From: Candidatus Iainarchaeum sp.
GTDB taxonomy: Archaea > B1Sed10-29 > WALL01
Direction of reading: 5' to 3'
DNA length: 12,759 nucleotides
NCBI GenBank assembly: GCA_021162685.1
Contig: JAGGYF010000011.1
Coordinates: 1-12,759, forward strand
Part shown: one piece after another, positions 8,190-12,759 of the stretch
Layout: every line of letters starts with the position of its first letter
How positions within the stretch are numbered: the first letter of the stretch is position 1
The notes under the pieces: model-generated
What the model saw: the letters and a program-made list of their open reading frames with translations, nothing else
The model's database searches: none
Told to the model about the DNA's origin: nothing
Made by a program: the position numbers and the translations under genes

Positions 8190-9038
8190 TTAGTCAATTT
8201 CGGGCATATCCGTGCTATTTGTGGGGTCTGTGCCCTCCAATATCTCTGCTCCATCAGTTACCCCATCACCATCAGAATCAGGGTTTGTTGGGTCAGTACC
8301 ATACTCCTGCTCTTCACTATCTACTATGCCGTCTCCGTCTGTATCCTCGTTATTTGGGTCTGTTCCCTCATTGTATTCATCAATATTACTTATACCATCA
8401 TTATCATTATCTAGGTTTGCATCTGTGCTGTTATTGGGGTCTAAACTATGGTTTACTTCCCAGCCATCTGGCATGCCATCTCCGTCTGTATCCTCGTTAT
8501 TTGGGTCTGTTCCCTCATTGCATTCCCCAAGGTTTGTCAGGTTATCATTATCTTGATCCATATACGCATCACTATCATCTGTTGGGTCTAAACTATTATT
8601 TACTTCCCAGCCATCTGGCATGCCATCACTATCCGTATCATTTAACAAAGGGTCTGTTACATATGTATCATTTCCAGGGATCACTTCCTCTCCATCCAAT
8701 ATCATATCATTATCCGTATCATTTAGTAAGGGATCTGTGTCATAGGAATACTCCTCCTTGTTTTCAAGTGCATCATTATCATTATCTAGGTTTGCGTCTG
8801 TACTGTTATTGGGGTCTAAACTATGGTTTACTTCCCAGCCATCTGGCATGCCGTCTCCGTCTGTATCCTGCCTGTATGTTTGCACATGCTTTTTCTCAAC
8901 ATTCGGAGGGGATGGTTCTGGTTGCTGAAAAACAATATTCTGTGCAGTGGTTTTCTCCTGAGTTGCATAGAATATAGTAAAACCTACAAGTAGGATTATA
9001 GCAATAATCATTAGCATTGCGACCTGTCCTGGGTTCAT
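8190..9038 (-). CDS. Membrane-anchored or secreted acidic protein with nine DxDxDG-type (bacterial TSP3-like) putative Ca2+-binding repeats
   Basis: N-terminal hydrophobic segment VAMLMIIAIILLVGFTIFYA, a Pro-rich linker, then repeats such as DTDGDGMPDGWE...LDP and DNDNDGISNIDE...GTDP. It has many N-x-S/T sequons, and its ATG overlaps the pop5 stop (ATGA). Confidence 0.85.
   Translation of the reverse strand: MNPGQVAMLMIIAIILLVGFTIFYATQEKTTAQNIVFQQPEPSPPNVEKKHVQTYRQDTDGDGMPDGWEVNHSLDPNNSTDANLDNDNDALENKEEYSYDTDPLLNDTDNDMILDGEEVIPGNDTYVTDPLLNDTDSDGMPDGWEVNNSLDPTDDSDAYMDQDNDNLTNLGECNEGTDPNNEDTDGDGMPDGWEVNHSLDPNNSTDANLDNDNDGISNIDEYNEGTDPNNEDTDGDGIVDSEEQEYGTDPTNPDSDGDGVTDGAEILEGTDPTNSTDMPEID
8326..8869. 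repeat. Intragenic direct repeats in the DxDxDG protein gene
   Basis: 8396-8494 vs 8771-8869 is 99 bp with 3 mismatches (offset 375). 8326-8373 vs 8473-8520 is 48 bp with 1 mismatch (offset 147). 8437-8480 vs 8584-8627 is 44 bp with 2 mismatches (offset 147). All offsets are multiples of 3 and were counted by eye. Confidence 0.9.
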
Positions 9039-9355
9039 CCTCTCGCCTTTTTCATTGTGCCTGATACACTTATGATATCTATTCTCGCCTTTTCTCCCCC
9101 TATCCTACCCAACAAGGATAGACATCCTATAATATCATCAACATACCTGTTATTTGTTTTTATTATGCCCTCTCCCTTTCCCTCATCATACTGAAGGATA
9201 GAAAACCCTGCCCTTGCAAGGTTCACTTCGCCAAAAAGATTGATCATAGTTTTTGTGATGCTATCCAGAACAACCTTTTTCTCATGTTCATGAGGAGACA
9301 CCCTGAACAAAATGTATCTCCTTCGTTCCCTAAGTGTTGGAGGGAATGGCTTCAT
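9035..9355 (-). CDS. rnp2: Ribonuclease P protein Pop5 (Rpp14/Pop5 family)
   Basis: MKPFPPTLRERRRYILF, LFGEV, GIIK and VSGTMKKA motifs. ATG 9355 overlaps the rpp30 stop (ATGA) and follows AGGAGG, so the tracked start at 9403 is probably too far upstream. Confidence 0.92.
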   Translation of the reverse strand: MKPFPPTLRERRRYILFRVSPHEHEKKVVLDSITKTMINLFGEVNLARAGFSILQYDEGKGEGIIKTNNRYVDDIIGCLSLLGRIGGEKARIDIISVSGTMKKARG

Positions 9356-9864
9356 TTCATCTTCCTCCTGACAAGATATTCTGGAACCATAGAGATGCTC
9401 CATTTCGCTTGCTGTTTTGTCATGCCTAGCATAACACCAAACGATATAAGATGTATTGGCTGTCTCTGCTCACTTATATCCGATGCATTTGTTGTAAGCA
9501 CAACCCTTGACCCTATCTTATTACATAATCGTATGAAATTCATGTAGTTGTGTAGCATCCTTATCCGTCTCATTCCTCTTGTACCAAAAAATTGGGAAAG
9601 AGAGATACCCATTGTTATACCCCTCTCTTTTGCTATCCTCAATATCGCTGTATCAACCTCCATTTTTTGACCTACTGGATCAAGCAGAACATCACAATTG
9701 CTTCTTACAATCTTTCTATTCACGTCTAATGTTCCACCTTTCACTATCGTAATCACATCCTTTGTTTTAGCACATTCTTTCTGACTGACAATACGTGCAG
9801 GTATGGGCATCTCAGAAAATCCAAATTTTTTAACGTCCGCACCAAGAATATCATAATACCGCAT
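9352..9864 (-). CDS. rnp3: Ribonuclease P protein Rpp30 (shortened, 170 aa)
   Basis: IVKGGTLDVNRKIV...DVLLDP, D.AILRIAKERGITMGISL and VVLTTNASDISEQRQP..L....LGM resemble Rpp30. It lies directly upstream of pop5. Confidence 0.82.
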   Translation of the reverse strand: MRYYDILGADVKKFGFSEMPIPARIVSQKECAKTKDVITIVKGGTLDVNRKIVRSNCDVLLDPVGQKMEVDTAILRIAKERGITMGISLSQFFGTRGMRRIRMLHNYMNFIRLCNKIGSRVVLTTNASDISEQRQPIHLISFGVMLGMTKQQAKWSISMVPEYLVRRKMK

Positions 9865-10178
9865 CAGATGCTCACCTTTACTTTCACTCCCTTTCCTCTA
9901 ACAATTCTGCCCTCTAGCAGTTTCTGTTTATTAATCATGACCATTGCACTCTCTTTTATCTCTCCAAGAACTGGTCTTAATCTCCTGTAAACCTCTTTAA
10001 CCTGGGAGGGATTTGTAATCCTTGCCCTTAACACAACGATCTTCTCCCCAAACTGCCCCCTCACCCTGCTCATGCTGAACTTTGAATCATAAAGCAAGGA
10101 GAGCGCTTCAATGACTTTGTTTATATCCTCTGTTGGCCAACAGAATGCCTCTATATATATTGACTTTGGAACGCCCAT
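9864..10178 (-). CDS. Predicted RNA-binding protein of the COG1325/DUF54 family (exosome-operon associated)
   Basis: PTEDINKVIEAL, GQFGEKIVVL and INKQ match the family pattern (ATED..KV..AL, G..GN.I..L, DKQ). Its position upstream of rpp30 is canonical. Confidence 0.75.
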   Translation of the reverse strand: MGVPKSIYIEAFCWPTEDINKVIEALSLLYDSKFSMSRVRGQFGEKIVVLRARITNPSQVKEVYRRLRPVLGEIKESAMVMINKQKLLEGRIVRGKGVKVKVSI

Positions 10179-10260
10179 GACCTAATTATAAATATGTTGA
10201 TTATTTAAACGTAGAGGCATATCTTTATAAATGGAAACTATCAAAACTATTAGCACTTGT
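10179..10260. promoter_or_regulatory. Putative back-to-back archaeal promoters
   Basis: TTTAAATA on the minus strand at 10209-10202 ends about 24 nt before ATG 10178, the spacing of a leaderless transcript. Palindromic TTTATAAA at 10224-10231 would place a plus-strand start near 10255. Confidence 0.6.
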
Positions 10261-10266
10261 TATATT

Positions 10267-10297
10267 ATGCGCGGATGATGGTTTTGCCTGAGCGCGT
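10267..10297 (+). promoter_or_regulatory. Kink-turn (box C/D-like) hairpin in the rpl15e 5' leader; candidate ribosomal-protein leader element
   Basis: ATGCGC-GG-ATGATGG-TTTTGC-CTGA-GCGCGT has an outer stem AUGCGC/GCGCGU, box C-like AUGAUGG (10275-10281) and perfect box D CUGA (10288-10291). These give G.A, A.G, U.U, G-C and G-C pairs. It is a GC-rich island in an AT-rich spacer, just before SD-like GGAAGTGA and ATG 10312. Confidence 0.7.
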
Positions 10298-10311
10298 TGG
10301 GAAGTGATGGA

Positions 10312-10893
10312 ATGGGTGCATATAAGTATATCCAAGATACTTTTGAAAGAGAATCTAAGGAAAAAAGTCCTGAATACAAACAGAGATTGATGCAGTTCAG
10401 AAGAGAACCTGCAATAATCAGAATTGAGAAGCCAACAAACCTAAAAAGAGCAAGAGAATTAGGATACAAAGCAAAGCAAGGATTTGTTGTTGTAAGGGTT
10501 AGAGTGAAGAAGGGTTCAGGCATACATAAAAGGCCAAAGAAGGGAAGAAGACCAACAAGGATGGGAGTCAGGAAACTTACCAGGGCAAAATCAAAACAAG
10601 TAATAGCGGAGGAGAGGGCTGCAAGGAAATATCCGAATTGCGAAGTATTAAATTCATATTGGATATGTGAGGATGGAACATATAAATGGTATGAGGTAAT
10701 CCTAGCAGACATAAACCACCCTTCAATTAGAAACGACCCAGATGTTGCTTGGATAACAATAAATAAACATAGAGGACGTGCTTTCAGAGGAAAAACAAGT
10801 GCAGGAAGGAAGAGCAGAGGCCTCACAAACAAAGGCAAAGGTTCTGAAAAGGTAAGGCCATCCATAAAATCAAACAAGCGAAAGGGGAAGTGA
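10312..10893 (+). CDS. rpl15e: 50S ribosomal protein L15e (eL15)
   Basis: MGAYKYI start, RIEKPTNLKRARELGYKAKQG, AEERAARKYPNCEVLNSYW, YKWYEVILAD and RGRAFRGKTSAGRKSRGL motifs. ATG 10312 is preferred over TTG 10297. Confidence 0.97.
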   Translation: MGAYKYIQDTFERESKEKSPEYKQRLMQFRREPAIIRIEKPTNLKRARELGYKAKQGFVVVRVRVKKGSGIHKRPKKGRRPTRMGVRKLTRAKSKQVIAEERAARKYPNCEVLNSYWICEDGTYKWYEVILADINHPSIRNDPDVAWITINKHRGRAFRGKTSAGRKSRGLTNKGKGSEKVRPSIKSNKRKGK

Positions 10894-10897
10894 TGAT

Positions 10898-11431
10898 ATG
10901 GGATTGAGACCAGGAAGATGCTATAAGAAATTAGACCCTCATGCATACACACGAACTGCGAAGAGGGTTGTGAAGAAGGCATTTATAAGAGGAGTGCCGC
11001 AGCCAAAGATTGTCCATTTTGATATGGGAACACCAAAAGATAGCTACAAGTATGAAGTTGACCTCATAGCAAAGGAGAGTGCACAAATCAGGTCAAATGC
11101 ACTTGAAGCAGCAAGAGTGGTTATGAACAGAGAACTCGTAAAAGCCATTGGCTCTGAGAACTTCTATTTCCAGATTAGGGCATATCCACACCATGTCCTA
11201 AGAGAGAATGCCCTTATTACAGGTGCTGGAGCAGACAGGTTACAGACAGGGATGAGACATAGCTTTGGTAGACCAATAGGAAAAGCAGCAAGAGTTAAGG
11301 CAGGAAAGATATTGATGAGTGTAAAGGTAAGTACAAAAGCAGATGCAGAAAAGGTAAGAAAAGCCTACAAGAAGGTTGTTCCTAAGCTACCAATCCCCAT
11401 GACAATAGAGGTAAGGGAATTGAAGAAATGA
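10898..11431 (+). CDS. rpl10e: 50S ribosomal protein L10e (uL16)
   Basis: MGLRPGRCY, QIRSNALEAAR and YPHHVLRENALITGAGADRLQTGMRHSFGRPIGKAARV motifs. Confidence 0.97.
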   Translation: MGLRPGRCYKKLDPHAYTRTAKRVVKKAFIRGVPQPKIVHFDMGTPKDSYKYEVDLIAKESAQIRSNALEAARVVMNRELVKAIGSENFYFQIRAYPHHVLRENALITGAGADRLQTGMRHSFGRPIGKAARVKAGKILMSVKVSTKADAEKVRKAYKKVVPKLPIPMTIEVRELKK

Positions 11432-12315
11432 TCCCAAAACGTATTTTGAGGCAACTGAAAAAGAAAAAGGTTTTTTTACAGCTACCAGAAGGTCTAAAAA
11501 CAAAAGCAATAGATATATGCAGAGAACTTGAAGAACATGGATTTGAGTGCGTTATATCAGGAGACCTATGTTTTGGTGCATGTGATATAAAGAAAATGGC
11601 TGGTGCTGTCACACTTCATATAGGCCACTCAAAGATGCTAGATGAAAAGGGCATTGTTTACTATGAGTGGCCTATGAAAACGTTTCCAGAAAAGATAACA
11701 AGAAGCAAGATAAAAAAACTTCCAAAGACAATTGGTTTATGCACAACAGTACAACATATACATGACTTGAATGCTTATAAGAACACACTGGAATCATTCG
11801 GGAAAAAGGTATATATTATACCAAAAGGAAAAAGGACCACATACAAAGGACAAGTGCTTGGTTGTGATTTCTCTGGTGCAACGAAAATTAAAGAGAAGGT
11901 AGATGCATTTGTATTTGTTGGAACAGGATTGTTTCATGCCATTGGTCTTGCATACTATACAAAAAAACAAACATTCAAGATTGACCCCTACTCTGGCAAT
12001 GTGGAAGGAGTAGGTCCAGAAAAGTGGATCAGAGAGAGCGCTCTAAGAAAAACAAAAGCATGGGATGCAAAGCATTATGGTATCATTGTATCCACAAAGC
12101 CAGGCCAAAAAAACTGGAAGGAAGCGATGTGGATAAAGAAGAGACTTGAAAGCAGAGGAAAAGAGGCGTATATCATAGTCATGGACAATATAACACCAGA
12201 GCTCCTTCTGCCATATAATGTAGATGCCTTTGTGATAACTGCGTGTCCCCGTATTGTCATAGATGATTGGAGAAACTACTCAAAAGCGATTCTGCTCCCA
12301 GAGGAGTTAGACTAA
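11428..12315 (+). CDS. dph2: Diphthamide biosynthesis enzyme Dph2 (2-(3-amino-3-carboxypropyl)histidine synthase)
   Basis: LQLPEGLK, CFGACD, HIGHS, TTVQH, GQVLGC, GLFH, STKPGQ and TACPRI motifs, including the three [4Fe-4S]-ligating cysteines. Confidence 0.95.
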   Translation: MIPKRILRQLKKKKVFLQLPEGLKTKAIDICRELEEHGFECVISGDLCFGACDIKKMAGAVTLHIGHSKMLDEKGIVYYEWPMKTFPEKITRSKIKKLPKTIGLCTTVQHIHDLNAYKNTLESFGKKVYIIPKGKRTTYKGQVLGCDFSGATKIKEKVDAFVFVGTGLFHAIGLAYYTKKQTFKIDPYSGNVEGVGPEKWIRESALRKTKAWDAKHYGIIVSTKPGQKNWKEAMWIKKRLESRGKEAYIIVMDNITPELLLPYNVDAFVITACPRIVIDDWRNYSKAILLPEELD

Positions 12316-12758
12316 CGTTTCCCTACGAAATACAACAGAGACAGCACCATCAACAATGCAACTACTAATGTCTCAATAGAAAACTCATCACCACTGATCT
12401 CCCTCTTCTCTGGTGGCTTTATTGTCGTTATCTCTTTTGTTATCTCATTATTTGTTAAATCCTCTCCAAGTTCTGTTGGCGACACCTGGACCTTTATCCT
12501 ATACGTTGCTAACTCATCTGGTGTCCACTTCATTGTGATATCAACGGATGAACCTGGTTCCAATCCATCAATCATTTCCACCTTCTCCTGTGGCCCTCCT
12601 TCCCACTCTTTCTTTACACTAATAGATACATTAAATGCAGGGCTTGTATTATTTCCAATATTTGAAACCTTGGCAACTATCTCGTTCTCTCTACCAACAA
12701 TTGGTGCTCTTTTTAAACTAATCTCTTCTGCATACAAGTCATATCCTAAAACGCCCTC
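12312..12758 (-). CDS. Cell-surface protein, C-terminal part: CARDB-like Ig domain plus C-terminal membrane anchor (5' end outside window)
   Basis: The frame is open to the window edge (EGVLGYDLYAEEISL). V.N.G......FNV, GLEPGSS..I...W and E....NN match CARDB, and the hydrophobic tail LVVALLMVLSLLYFV is followed by GKR. Confidence 0.8.
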   Translation of the reverse strand, partial: EGVLGYDLYAEEISLKRAPIVGRENEIVAKVSNIGNNTSPAFNVSISVKKEWEGGPQEKVEMIDGLEPGSSVDITMKWTPDELATYRIKVQVSPTELGEDLTNNEITKEITTIKPPEKREISGDEFSIETLVVALLMVLSLLYFVGKR

Positions 12759-12759
12759 A

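Noticed and set aside
8396-8869. 99-bp repeat pair as a possible diversity-generating retroelement TR/VR pair or CRISPR array
   Set aside because: Both copies are in frame within one CDS. The three differences are synonymous and run in both directions (A to G and G to A), there is no reverse transcriptase or cas gene in the window, and there is no repeat-spacer periodicity.
8081-8977. 298-aa plus-strand ORF rich in His/Tyr/Leu with repeated segments (also 8212-8556)
   Set aside because: It is an antisense shadow of the Asp/Asn-rich repeat gene. Its repeats mirror the DNA repeats and it has no recognisable domain.
10267-10297. The box C/D motif as a stand-alone C/D guide sRNA or as a terminator hairpin
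   Set aside because: Only 6 nt separate box C and box D, leaving no room for guides or C'/D' boxes. There is no downstream U-tract and it lies at a 5' end, so a cis-acting leader fits better.
10260-10982. 240-aa minus-strand ORF
   Set aside because: It is antisense to the unambiguous rpl15e and rpl10e genes, with the F/L/S-rich composition expected from reverse-complemented Lys/Arg codons.
12312-12400. Archaeosortase (PGF-CTERM) signal on the CARDB protein
   Set aside because: A TM helix and basic tail are present, but no PGF or PEF motif precedes them (ISGDEFSIET), so only a plain C-terminal anchor is supported.

Overview
AT-rich archaeal housekeeping locus with almost no intergenic space. 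Most of the window (10178 to 837, minus strand) is a 16-gene version of the archaeal exosome/RNase P/proteasome superoperon. Its order is COG1325-like RNA-binding protein, Rpp30, Pop5, an inserted membrane-anchored DxDxDG (TSP3-like) repeat protein, proteasome alpha, SBDS, Rrp4, Rrp41, Rrp42, eL43 (L37Ae), RpoP (42 aa, absent from the ORF track), Brix, Pcc1, prefoldin beta, DHH phosphoesterase and a Mre11-like nuclease. A short divergent promoter region drives eL15, uL16 (L10e) and Dph2 on the plus strand. The window is flanked by a 5'-truncated ADP-forming acetate-CoA ligase alpha gene and a 5'-truncated CARDB-type surface protein gene. The main oddities are: (1) a box C/D-type kink-turn hairpin in the eL15 5' leader; (2) a DHH gene whose first catalytic motif lies upstream of any in-frame ATG/GTG/TTG; (3) a surface repeat gene with near-identical internal DNA duplications inside the operon; (4) a Mre11-like gene with GTHE instead of GNHD and no adjacent rad50; (5) several shortened proteins. 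I see no CRISPR array, mobile element, tRNA or rRNA, and I cannot support a wholly new multi-gene system. All calls come from motif recognition by eye, and no searches were run.
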